Shown piece after piece: positions 56,701-64,000 of a stretch of 64,000 bases of DNA. How positions within the stretch are numbered: position 1 is the stretch's first letter; each line of letters starts with the position of its first letter. Position numbers and translations under genes: made by a program. The DNA comes from Eledone cirrhosa (Eukaryota): positions 10,974,001 through 11,038,000 of the forward strand of contig OZ024745.1 in NCBI GenBank assembly GCA_964016885.1, written 5' to 3'. The notes under the pieces are model-generated. The model was not told the origin of the DNA. It did no database searches and saw only the letters and a list, made by a program, of their open reading frames with translations.

Positions 56701-59700
56701 GCACCAACTCCAGTACCAACTCCAACTCCAGTACCAACACCAACTCCAGTACCAACCCCAACTCCAGTACCAACTCCAACTCCAGTACCAACACCAACTC
56801 CAGTACCAACACCAACTCCAGTACCAACACCAACTCCAGTACCAACACCAACTCCAGTACCAACACCAACTCCAGTACCAGCACCAACTCCAGTACCAAC
56901 TCCAACTCCAGTACCAACACCAACTCCAGTACCAACCCCAACTCCAGTACCAACTCCAACTCCAGTACCAACACCAACTCCAGTACCAGTACCAACTCCA
57001 GTACCAACTCCAACTCCAGTACCAACCCCAACTCCAGTACCAGTACCAACTCCAGTACCAACACCAACTCCAGTACCAACACCAACTCCAGTACCAACAC
57101 CAACTCCAGTACCAACACCAACTCCAGTACCAACTCCAACTCCAGTACCAACACCAACTCCAGTACCAGCACCAACTCCAGTACCAACTCCAACTCCAGT
57201 ACCAACACCAACTCCAGTACCAACCCCAACTCCAGTACCAACACCAACTCCAGTACCAATACCAACTCCAGTACCAACACCAACTCCAGTACCAACCCCA
57301 ACTCCAGTACCAACTCCAACTCCAGTACCAACTCCAACTCCAGTACCAACTCCAACTCCAGTACCAACTCCAACTCCAGTACCAACTCCAACTCCAGTAC
57401 CAACACCAACTCCAGTACCAATACCAACTCCAGTACCAACACCAACTCCAGTACCAACACCAACTCCAGTACCAACACCAACTCCAGTACCAACACCAAC
57501 TCCAGTACCAACACCAACTCCAGTACCAACTCCAACTCCAGTACCAACACCAACTCCAGTACCAGCACCAACTCCAGTACCAACTCCAACTCCAGTACCA
57601 ACTCCAACTCCAGTACCAACACCAACTCCAGTACCAACACCAACTCCAGTACCAACCCCAACTCCAGTACCAACTCCAACTCCAGTACCAACTCCAACTC
57701 CAGTACCAACACCAACTCCAGTACCAACTCCAACTCCACTACCAACACCAACTCCAGTACCAGCACCAACTCCAGTACCAACTCCAACTCCAGTACCAAC
57801 ACCAACTCCAGTACCAACTCCAACTCCAGTACCAACACCAACTCCAGTACCAACACCAACTCCAGTACCAACACCAACTCCAGTACCAGCACCAACTCCA
57901 GTACCAACTCCAACTCCAGTACCAACTCCAACTCCAGTACCAACACCAACTCCAGTACCAGCACCAACTCCAGTACCAACTCCAACTCCAGTACCAACAC
58001 CAACTCCAGTACCAACCCCAACTCCAGTACCAACTCCAACTCCAGTACCAACACCAACTCCAGTACCAATACCAACTCCAGTACCAACACCAACTCCAGT
58101 ACCAACCCCAACTCCAGTACCAACTCCAACTCCAGTACCAACTCCAACTCCAGTACCAACACCAACTCCAGTACCAGCACCAACTCCAGTACCAACTCCA
58201 ACTCCAGTACCAACACCAACTCCAGTACCAACCCCAACTCCAGTACCAACTCCAACTCCAGTACCAACACCAACTCCAGTACCAACACCAACTCCAGTAC
58301 CAACACCAACTCCAGTACCAACTCCAACTCCAGTACCAACACCAACTCCAGTACCAACTCCGACTCCAGTACCAACTCCAACTCCAGTACCAACACCAAC
58401 TCCAGTACCAACACCAACTCCAGTACCAACACCAACTCCAGTACCAACACCAACTCCAGTACCAACACCAACTCCAGTACCAATACCAACTCCAGTATCA
58501 ATTCCAACTCCAGTACCAACACCAACTCCAGTACCAACTCCAACTCCAGTACCAACACCAACTCCAGTATCAATTCCAACTCCAGTACCAACTCCAACTC
58601 AAGTACAAACACCAACTCCAGTACCAACACCAACTCCAGTATCAATTCCAACTCCAGTACCAACTCCAACTCCAGTACCAACTCCAACTCCAGTACCAAC
58701 TCCAACTCCAGTACCAGCACTAACTCCAGTACCAACACCAACTCCAGTACCAACTCCAACTCCAGTACCAGCACTAACTCCAGTACCAACACCAACTCCA
58801 GTACCAACACCAACTCCAGTACCAACACCAACTCCAGTACCAACTCCAACTCCAGTACCAGCACTAACTCCAGTACCAACACCAACTCCAGTACCAACAC
58901 CAACTCCAGTACCAACACCAACTCCAGTACCAACACCAACAACAGTACCAACACCAACTCCAGTACCAGCACCAACTCCAGTACCAACCCCAACTCCAGT
59001 ACCAGCACCAACTCCAGTACCAACACCAACTCCAGTATCAATTCCAACTCCAGTACCAACTCCAACTCCAGTACCAACTCCAACTCCAGTATCAATTCCA
59101 ACTCCAGTACCAACTCCAACTCCAGTACCAACACCAACTCCAGTATCAATTCCAACTCCAGTACCAACTCCAACTCCAGTACCAACTCCAACTCCAGTAC
59201 CAACTCCAACTCCAGTACCAGCACTAACTCCAGTACCAACACCAACTCCAGTACCAACTCCAACTCCAGTACCAACACCAACTCCAGTACCAACACCAAC
59301 TCCAGTACCAACTCCAACTCAAGTACAAACACCAACTCCAGTACCAACTCCAACTCAAGTACAAACACCAACTCCAGTACCAACACCAACTCCAGTACTA
59401 ACTCCAACTCCAGTACCAACTCCAACTCCAGTACCAACTCCAACTCCAGTACCAACACCAACTCCAGTACTAACTCCAACTCCAGTACCAACTCCAACTC
59501 CAGTACCAACTCCAACTCAAGTACCAACACCAACTCCAGTACTAACTCCAACTCCAGTACCAACACCAACTCCAGTACCAACACCAACTCCAGTACCAAC
59601 ACCAACTCCAGTACCAACACCAACTCCAGTACCAACTCCAACTCCAGTACCAACTCCAACTCCAGTACCAACTCCAACTCCAGTACTAACTCCAACTCCA

Positions 59701-62700
59701 GTACCAACTCCAACTCCAGTACCAACACCAACTCCAGTACCAACACCAACTCCAGTACCAGCACCAACTCAAGTACCAACACCAACTCCAGTACCAGCAC
59801 CAACTCCAGTACCAACTCCAACTCCAGTACCAACACCAACTCCAGTTCCAACACCAACTCCAGTACCAACACCAACTCCAGTACCAACACCAACTCCAGT
59901 ACCAACACCAACTCCAGTACCAACACCAACTCCAGTACCAACACCAACTCCAGTACCAACACCAACTCCAGTACCAACACCAACTCCAGTACCAACACCA
60001 ACTCCAGTACCAACACCAACTCCAGTACCAACACCAACTCCAGTACCAACACCAACTCCAGTACCAACAGCAACTCCAGTACCAACACCAACTCCAGTAC
60101 CAACACCAACTCCAGTACCAACACCAACTCCAGTATCAATTCCAACTCCAGTACCAACACCAACTCCAGTACCAGCACCAACTCCAGTACCAACCCCAAC
60201 TCCAGTACCAACTCCAACTCCAGTACCAACTCCAACTCCAGTATCAATTCCAACTCCAGTACCAACTCCAACTCCAGTACCAACTCCAACTCCAGTACCA
60301 ACTCCAACTCCAGTACCAACACCAACTCCAGTACCAACACCAACTCCAGTACCAACTCCAACTCCAGTACCAACACCAACTCCAGTACCAACACCAACTC
60401 GAGTACCAACTCCAACTCAAGTACCAACACCAACTCCAGTACCAACACCAACTCCAGTACCAACACCAACTCCAGTACCAACACCAACTCCAGTACCAAC
60501 ACCAACTCCAGTACCAACACCAACTCCAGTACCAACACCAACTCCAGTACCAACACCAACTCCAGTACCAACACCAACTCCAGTACCAACACCAACTCCA
60601 GTACCAACTCCAGTACCAACACCAACTCCAGTACCAACACCAACTCCAGTACCAACACCAACTCCAGTACCAACACCAACTCCAGTACCAACACCAACTC
60701 CAGTACCAACACCAACTCCAGTACCAACACCAACTCCAGTACCAACACCAACTCCAGTACCAACACCAACTCCAGTACCAACTCCAACTCCAGTACCAAC
60801 ACCAACTCCAGTACCAACACCAACTCCAGTACCAACACCAACTCCAGTACCAACTCCAACTCCAGTACCAACACCAACTCCAGTACCAACACCAACTCCA
60901 GTACCAACACCAACTCCAGTACCAACACCAACTCCAGTACCAACACCAACTCCAGTACCAACACCAACTCCAGTACCAACACCAACTCCAGTACCAACAC
61001 CAACTCCAGTACCAACTCCAACTCCAGTACCAACACCAACTCCAGTACCAACACCAACTCCAGTACCAACACCAACTCCAGTACCAACACCAACTCCAGT
61101 ACCAACACCAACTCCAGTACCAACACCAACTCCAGTACCAACACCAACTCCAGTACCAACACCAACTCCAGTACCAACACCAACTCCAGTATCAATTCCA
61201 ACTCCAGTACCAACACCAAATCCAGTACCAACACCAACTCCAGTACCAGCACCAACTCCAGTACCAACTCCAACTCCAGTACCAACACCAACTCCAGTAC
61301 CAACTCCAACTCCAGTACCAACACCAACTCCAGTACCAATACCAACTCCAGTACCGACACCAACACCAGTACCAACACCAACTCCAGTACCGACACTAAC
61401 ACCAGTACCAACTCCAACTCCAGTACCAACACCAACTCCAGTACCAACACCAACTCCAGTACCAACACCAACTCCAGTATCAATTCCAACTCCAGTACCA
61501 ACTCCAACTCCAGTACCAACACCAACTCCAGTACCGACACTAACACCAGTACCAACTCCAACTCCAGTACCAACACCAACTCCAGTACCAACTCCAACTC
61601 CAGTACCAACACCAACTCCAGTACCAATTCCAACTCCAGTATCAACACCAACTCCAGTACCAACACCAACTCCAGTACCAACTCCAACTCCAGTACCAGC
61701 ACCAACTCCAGTACCAACTCCAACTCCAGTACCAATACCAACTCGAGTACCAACACCAACTCCAGTACCAACACCAACTCCAGTACCAACCCCAACTCCA
61801 GTACCAACACCAACTCCAGTACCAACTCCAACTCCAGTACCAACACCAACTCCAGTACCAACACCAACTCCAGTACCAACTCCAACTCCAGTACCAACAC
61901 CAACAACAGTACCAACACCAACTCCAGTACCAACTCCAACTCCAGTACCAGCACCAACTCCAGTACCAACACCAACTCCAGTACCAACACCAACTCCAGT
62001 AGCAGCACCAACTCCAGTATCAATTCCAACTCCAGTAGCAACACCAACTCCAGTACCAGTACCAACTCCAGTACCAACACCAACTCCAGTACCAACACCA
62101 ACTCCAGTACCAGCACCAACACCAGTACCAACACCAACAACAGTACCAGCACCAACTCCAGTACCAACACCAACTCCAGTACCAACACCAACTCCAGTAG
62201 CAGCACCAACTCCAGTACCAACTCCAACTCCAGTACCAACTCCAACTCCAGTACCAACACCAACTCCAGTACCAACACCAACTCCAGTACCAACTCCAAC
62301 TCCAGTACCAACACCAACTCCAGTACCAGCACCAACTCCAGTACCAACACCAACTCCAGTACCAGCACCAACTCAAGTACCAACACCAACTGCAGTACCA
62401 ACACCAACTCCAGTACCAACACCAACTCCAGTACCAACTCCAACTCCAGTACCAACACCAACTCCAGTACCAGCACCAACTCCAGTACCAACACCAACTC
62501 CAGTACCAGCACCAACTCAAGTACCAACACCAACTGCAGTACCAACACCAACTCCAGTACCAACACCAACTCCAGTACCAACACCAACTCCAGTACCAAC
62601 ACCAACTCCAGTACCAACACCAACTCCAGTACCAACACCAACTCCAGTACCAACACCAACTCAAGTACAAACACCAACTCCAGTACCAACACCAACTCCA

Positions 62701-63999
62701 GTACCAACACCAACTCCAGTACCAACACCAACTCAAGTACAAACACCAACTCCAGTACCAACTCCAACTCCAGTACCAACACCAACTCCAGTACCAACTC
62801 CAACTCCAGTACCAACACCAACTCCAGTACCAGCACCAACTCCAGTACCAACACCAACTCCAGTACCAGCACCAACTCAAGTACCAACACCAACTGCAGT
62901 ACCAACACCAACTCCAGTACCAACACCAACTCCAGTACCAACACCAACTCCAGTACCAACACCAACTCCAGTACCAACACCAACTCCAGTACCAACACCA
63001 ACTCAAGTACAAACACCAACTCCAGTACCAACACCAACTCCAGTATCAATTCCAACTCCAGTACCAACTCCAACTCCAGTACCAACACCAACTCCAGTAT
63101 CAATTCCAACTCCAGTACCAACTCCAACTCCAGTACCAACACCAACTCCAGTATCAATACCAACTCCAGTACCAACACCAACTCCAGTACCAACACCAAC
63201 TCCAGTATCAATACCAACTCCAGTACCAACACCAACTCCAGTACCAACACCAACTCCAGTACCAACACCAACTCCAGTACCAACACCAACTCCAGTACCA
63301 ACACCAACTCCAGTACCAACTCCAACTCCAGTACCAACTCCAACTCCAGTACCAACACCAACTCCAGTACCAACACCAACTCCAGTATCAATTCCAACTC
63401 CAGTACCAACACCAACTCCAGTACCAACTCCAACTCCAGTACCAACTCCAACTCCAGTACCAACTCCAACTCCAGTACCAACTCCAACTCCAGTACCAAC
63501 ACCAACTCCAGTACCAGCACCAACTCCAGTACCAACACCAACTCCAGTACCAGCACCAACTCAAGTACCAACACCAACTCCAGTACCAACACCAACTCCA
63601 GTACCAACACCAACTCCAGTACCAACACCAACTCCAGTACCAACACCAACTCAAGTACAAACACCAACTCCAGTACCAACACCAACTCCAGTACCAACAC
63701 CAACTCAAGTACAAACACCAACTCCAGTACCAACACCAACTCCAGTATCAATTCCAACTCCAGTACCAACTCCAACTCCAGTACCAACACCAACTCCAGT
63801 ACCAACACCAACTCCAGTACCAACTCCAACTCCAGTATCAATTCCAACTCCAGTACCAACACCAACTCCAGTACCAACACCAACTCCAGTACCAACACCA
63901 ACTCCAGTATCAATTCCAACTCCAGTACCAACACCAACTCCAGTACCAACACCAACTCCAGTACCAACACCAACTCCAGTACCAACACCAACTCCAGTA
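47707..63999 (+). CDS. Candidate giant Pro/Thr-rich (PTPVPT)n mucin-like reading frame; coding status unproven
   Basis: ATG at 47707 ([19 protein letters not shown]...) or acceptor TATTTTCATTAG|47747. No in-frame stop seen by eye to the window end. Absent from the ORF track because no stop is reached. Confidence 0.25.
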   Translation, partial: MMNLEANYRIFSLDLVPIPLQYQYHSSTNTNSSTNTTPVPIPTPVPAQTPVPAPTPVPVPTPVPTPTPVPTPTPVPTPTPVPTPTPVPVPTPVPTPTPVPTPTPVPVPTPVPTPTPVPTPTPVPAPTPVPTPTTVPAPTPVPTPTPVPTPTPVAAPTPVPTPTPVPTPTPVPTPTPVPTPTPVPAPTPVPTPTPVPAPTQVPTPTPVPTPTPVPTPTPVPTPTPVPTPTQVQTPTPVPTPTPVPTPTPVSIPTPVPTPTPVPTPTPVSIPTPVPTPTPVPTPTPVPTPTPVPTPTPVPTPTPVSIPTPVPTPTPVPTPTPVPAPTPVPTPTPVPTPTPVPTPTPVPTPTPVPTPTPVPTPTPVPTPTPVPTPTPVAAPTPVPTPTPVPTPTPVPTPTPVPTPTPVPTPTPVPTPTPVPTPTPVPTPTPVPTPTPVAAPTPVPTPTPVPTPTPVPTPTPVPAPTPVPTPTPVPTPTPVPTPTPVPTPTPVPAPTPVPTPTPVPAPTQVPTPTPVPTPTSVPTPTPVPAATPVPTPTPVPTPTPVAAPTPVPTPTPVPTPTPVPTPTPVPAPTPVPTPTPVPTPTPVPTPTPVPTPTPVPTPTPVPTPTPVPTPTPVAAPTPVPTPTPVPTPTPVPTPTPVPAPTPVPTPTPVPAPTQVPTPTPVPTPTPVPTPTPVPTPTPVPAPTPVPTPTPVPAPTPVPTPTSVPTPTPVPTPTPVPTPTPVPAPTPVPTPTPVPTPTQVQTPTPVPTPTPVPTPTPVSIPTPVPTPTPVSIPTPVPTPTPVPTPTPVPTPTPVPTPTPVSIPTPVPTPTPVTAPNPVPTPTPVPTPTPVPTPTPVPTPTPVPTPTPVPTPTPVPTPTPVPTPTPVPTPTPVPNPTPVPTPTPVPTPTPVSIPTPVPTPTPVPTPTPVPTPTPVPTPTPVPTPTPVPNPTPVPTPTPVPTPTPVPTPTPVPAPTPVPTPTPVPAPTPVPTPTPVPAPTQVPTPTPVPTPTPVPTPTPVPTATPVPTPTPVPTPTPVPTATPVPTPTPVPTPTPVPTPTPVPTPTPVPTPTPVPTPTPVPTPTPVPTPTPVPTPTPVPTPTQVPTPTPVPTPTPVPTPTPVPTPTPVPTPTPVPTPTPVPTPTPVPTPTPVPTPTPVPTPTPVPAPTQVPTPTPVPTPTPVPTPTPVPTPTPVPTPTPVPTPTPVPTPTPVSIPTPVPTPTPVPTPTPVPTPTPVPTPTPVPTPTPVPTPTPVPAPTPVPTPTPVPTPTPVPTPTPVPTPTPVPTPTPVPTPTPVPTPTPVPTPTPVPTPTPVPTPTPVPTPTPVSIPTPVPTPTPVPTPTPVPTPTPVPTPTPVPTPTPVPTPTPVPTPTPVPTPTPVPTPTPVPTPTPVPTPTPVPAPTPVPTPTPVPTPTPVPTPTPVPTPTPVPTPTPVPTPTPVPTPTPVPTPTPVPTPTPVPTPTPVPTPTPVPTPTPVPTPTPVPTATPVPTPTPVPTPTPVPTPTPVSIPTPVPTPTPVPAPTPVPTPTPVPTPTPVPTPTPVSIPTPVPTPTPVPTPTPVPTPTPVPTPTPVPTPTPVPTPTPVPTPTPVPTPTRVPTPTQVPTPTPVPTPTPVPTPTPVPTPTPVPTPTPVPTPTPVPTPTPVPTPTPVPTPTPVPTPTPVPTPTPVPTPTPVPTPTPVPTPTPVPTPTPVPTPTPVPTPTPVPTPTPVPTPTPVPTPTPVPTPTPVPTPTPVPTPTPVPTPTPVPTPTPVPTPTPVPTPTPVPTPTPVPTPTPVPTPTPVPTPTPVPTPTPVPTPTPVPTPTPVPTPTPVPTPTPVPTPTPVPTPTPVPTPTPVPTPTPVPTPTPVPTPTPVPTPTPVSIPTPVPTPNPVPTPTPVPAPTPVPTPTPVPTPTPVPTPTPVPTPTPVPIPTPVPTPTPVPTPTPVPTLTPVPTPTPVPTPTPVPTPTPVPTPTPVSIPTPVPTPTPVPTPTPVPTLTPVPTPTPVPTPTPVPTPTPVPTPTPVPIPTPVSTPTPVPTPTPVPTPTPVPAPTPVPTPTPVPIPTRVPTPTPVPTPTPVPTPTPVPTPTPVPTPTPVPTPTPVPTPTPVPTPTPVPTPTTVPTPTPVPTPTPVPAPTPVPTPTPVPTPTPVAAPTPVSIPTPVATPTPVPVPTPVPTPTPVPTPTPVPAPTPVPTPTTVPAPTPVPTPTPVPTPTPVAAPTPVPTPTPVPTPTPVPTPTPVPTPTPVPTPTPVPTPTPVPAPTPVPTPTPVPAPTQVPTPTAVPTPTPVPTPTPVPTPTPVPTPTPVPAPTPVPTPTPVPAPTQVPTPTAVPTPTPVPTPTPVPTPTPVPTPTPVPTPTPVPTPTPVPTPTQVQTPTPVPTPTPVPTPTPVPTPTQVQTPTPVPTPTPVPTPTPVPTPTPVPTPTPVPAPTPVPTPTPVPAPTQVPTPTAVPTPTPVPTPTPVPTPTPVPTPTPVPTPTPVPTPTQVQTPTPVPTPTPVSIPTPVPTPTPVPTPTPVSIPTPVPTPTPVPTPTPVSIPTPVPTPTPVPTPTPVSIPTPVPTPTPVPTPTPVPTPTPVPTPTPVPTPTPVPTPTPVPTPTPVPTPTPVPTPTPVSIPTPVPTPTPVPTPTPVPTPTPVPTPTPVPTPTPVPTPTPVPAPTPVPTPTPVPAPTQVPTPTPVPTPTPVPTPTPVPTPTPVPTPTQVQTPTPVPTPTPVPTPTPVPTPTQVQTPTPVPTPTPVSIPTPVPTPTPVPTPTPVPTPTPVPTPTPVSIPTPVPTPTPVPTPTPVPTPTPVSIPTPVPTPTPVPTPTPVPTPTPVPTPTPVPTPTPVPAPTPVPTPTPVPTPTPVPTPTPVPTPTPVPTPTPVPTPTPVPTPTPVPTPTPVPTPTPVSIPTPVPTPTPVPTPTPVPTPTPVPTPTPVPTPTPVPAPTPVPTPTPVPTPTLVPTPTPVPTPTPVPTPTPVPTPTPVPTPSPVPTPTPVPTPTPVPAPTPVPTPTPVPTPTPVPTPTPVPTPTPVPTPTPVPTPTPVPTPTPVPTPTPVPAPTPVPTPTPVPTPTPVPTPTPVPTPTPVPTPTPVPTPTPVPTPTPVPTPTPVPTPTPVPAPTPVPTPTPVPTPTPVPTPTPVPTPTPVPTPTPVPVPTPVPTPTPVPTPTPVPVPTPVPTPTPVPTPTPVPTPTPVPTPTPVPTPTPVPTPTPVPAPTPVPTPTPVPTPTPVPTPTPVPTPTPVPIPTPVPTPTPVPTPTPVPTPTPVPTPTPVPTPTPVPTPTPVPTPTPVPTPTPVPIPTPVPTPTPVPTPTPVPTPTPVPTPTPVPTPTPVPTPTPVPTPTPVPAPTPVPTPTPVPTPTPVPTPTPVPTPTPVPTPTPVPTPTPVPTPTPVPTPTPVPTPTPLPTPTPVPAPTPVPTPTPVPTPTPVPTPTPVPTPTPVPTPTPVPTPTPVPAPTPVPTPTPVPTPTPVPTPTPVPAPTPVPTPTPVPTPTPVPTPTPVPTPTPVPTPTPVPIPTPVPTPTPVPTPTPVPTPTPVPTPTPVPTPTPVPAPTPVPTPTPVPTPTPVPTPTPVPTPTPVPTPTPVPTPTPVPTPTPVPTPTPVPTPTPVPTPTPVPTPTPVPTPTPVPTPTPVPTPTPVPTPTPVPTPTPVPIPTPVSIPTPVPTPTPVPTPTPVPTPTPVSIPTPVPTPTQVQTPTPVPTPTPVSIPTPVPTPTPVPTPTPVPTPTPVPALTPVPTPTPVPTPTPVPALTPVPTPTPVPTPTPVPTPTPVPTPTPVPALTPVPTPTPVPTPTPVPTPTPVPTPTTVPTPTPVPAPTPVPTPTPVPAPTPVPTPTPVSIPTPVPTPTPVPTPTPVSIPTPVPTPTPVPTPTPVSIPTPVPTPTPVPTPTPVPTPTPVPALTPVPTPTPVPTPTPVPTPTPVPTPTPVPTPTQVQTPTPVPTPTQVQTPTPVPTPTPVLTPTPVPTPTPVPTPTPVPTPTPVLTPTPVPTPTPVPTPTQVPTPTPVLTPTPVPTPTPVPTPTPVPTPTPVPTPTPVPTPTPVPTPTPVPTPTPVLTPTPVPTPTPVPTPTPVPTPTPVPAPTQVPTPTPVPAPTPVPTPTPVPTPTPVPTPTPVPTPTPVPTPTPVPTPTPVPTPTPVPTPTPVPTPTPVPTPTPVPTPTPVPTPTPVPTPTPVPTPTPVPTATPVPTPTPVPTPTPVPTPTPVSIPTPVPTPTPVPAPTPVPTPTPVPTPTPVPTPTPVSIPTPVPTPTPVPTPTPVPTPTPVPTPTPVPTPTPVPTPTPVPTPTPVPTPTRVPTPTQVPTPTPVPTPTPVPTPTPVPTPTPVPTPTPVPTPTPVPTPTPVPTPTPVPTPTPVPTPTPVPTPVPTPTPVPTPTPVPTPTPVPTPTPVPTPTPVPTPTPVPTPTPVPTPTPVPTPTPVPTPTPVPTPTPVPTPTPVPTPTPVPTPTPVPTPTPVPTPTPVPTPTPVPTPTPVPTPTPVPTPTPVPTPTPVPTPTPVPTPTPVPTPTPVPTPTPVPTPTPVPTPTPVPTPTPVPTPTPVPTPTPVPTPTPVPTPTPVSIPTPVPTPNPVPTPTPVPAPTPVPTPTPVPTPTPVPTPTPVPTPTPVPIPTPVPTPTPVPTPTPVPTLTPVPTPTPVPTPTPVPTPTPVPTPTPVSIPTPVPTPTPVPTPTPVPTLTPVPTPTPVPTPTPVPTPTPVPTPTPVPIPTPVSTPTPVPTPTPVPTPTPVPAPTPVPTPTPVPIPTRVPTPTPVPTPTPVPTPTPVPTPTPVPTPTPVPTPTPVPTPTPVPTPTPVPTPTTVPTPTPVPTPTPVPAPTPVPTPTPVPTPTPVAAPTPVSIPTPVATPTPVPVPTPVPTPTPVPTPTPVPAPTPVPTPTTVPAPTPVPTPTPVPTPTPVAAPTPVPTPTPVPTPTPVPTPTPVPTPTPVPTPTPVPTPTPVPAPTPVPTPTPVPAPTQVPTPTAVPTPTPVPTPTPVPTPTPVPTPTPVPAPTPVPTPTPVPAPTQVPTPTAVPTPTPVPTPTPVPTPTPVPTPTPVPTPTPVPTPTPVPTPTQVQTPTPVPTPTPVPTPTPVPTPTQVQTPTPVPTPTPVPTPTPVPTPTPVPTPTPVPAPTPVPTPTPVPAPTQVPTPTAVPTPTPVPTPTPVPTPTPVPTPTPVPTPTPVPTPTQVQTPTPVPTPTPVSIPTPVPTPTPVPTPTPVSIPTPVPTPTPVPTPTPVSIPTPVPTPTPVPTPTPVSIPTPVPTPTPVPTPTPVPTPTPVPTPTPVPTPTPVPTPTPVPTPTPVPTPTPVPTPTPVSIPTPVPTPTPVPTPTPVPTPTPVPTPTPVPTPTPVPTPTPVPAPTPVPTPTPVPAPTQVPTPTPVPTPTPVPTPTPVPTPTPVPTPTQVQTPTPVPTPTPVPTPTQVQTPTPVPTPTPVSIPTPVPTPTPVPTPTPVPTPTPVPTPTPVSIPTPVPTPTPVPTPTPVPTPTPVSIPTPVPTPTPVPTPTPVPTPTPVPTPTPV

Positions 64000-64000
64000 C
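47751..64000. repeat. 18-bp tandem array (CCAACT-CCAGTA-CCAACA)n, ~900 units, runs off the right edge
   Basis: Three related hexamers; recurrent variants (GCA, ACC, TCA-ATT, CAA-GTA-CAA); ~7.97-kb internal duplication. Confidence 0.99.

Noticed and set aside
48389-63991. 5200-aa (LVLELV)n ORF and the WYWSWC ORFs on the minus strand
   Set aside because: Antisense readings of the 18-bp repeat with implausible composition; the start codon is arbitrary.

Overview
Gene-poor, repeat-dominated eukaryotic DNA. The SINE family and the long (TA)n/(CA)n tracts suggest an octopus or other coleoid cephalopod (inference). The window has three zones. (1) 1-24470 is a 39/40-bp satellite with higher-order structure, whose monomer carries a fused splice acceptor/donor motif (CAG|GTATGT). 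(2) 24470-47700 is a patchwork of tRNA-SINEs, RTE and CRE LINE fragments, a head-to-tail non-autonomous Helitron, foldback repeats, minisatellites and two 5'-truncated, frameshifted Penelope-like (Naiad-type, RT + GIY-YIG) retroelements inserted in (TA)n. (3) 47750-64000 is an 18-bp (3 x 6 bp) tandem array that reads as an uninterrupted (PTPVPT)n frame of more than 5400 codons. The most notable unannotated signal is six type I hammerhead ribozyme motifs, plus two possible half-motifs, between 32.5 and 47.4 kb. All six have palindromic stem III. Two of them lie in opposite orientation inside a ~430-bp retrozyme-like unit that is both tandemly repeated and inverted. Almost all ORFs in the supplied track are repeat artefacts, and no host gene can be firmly called.
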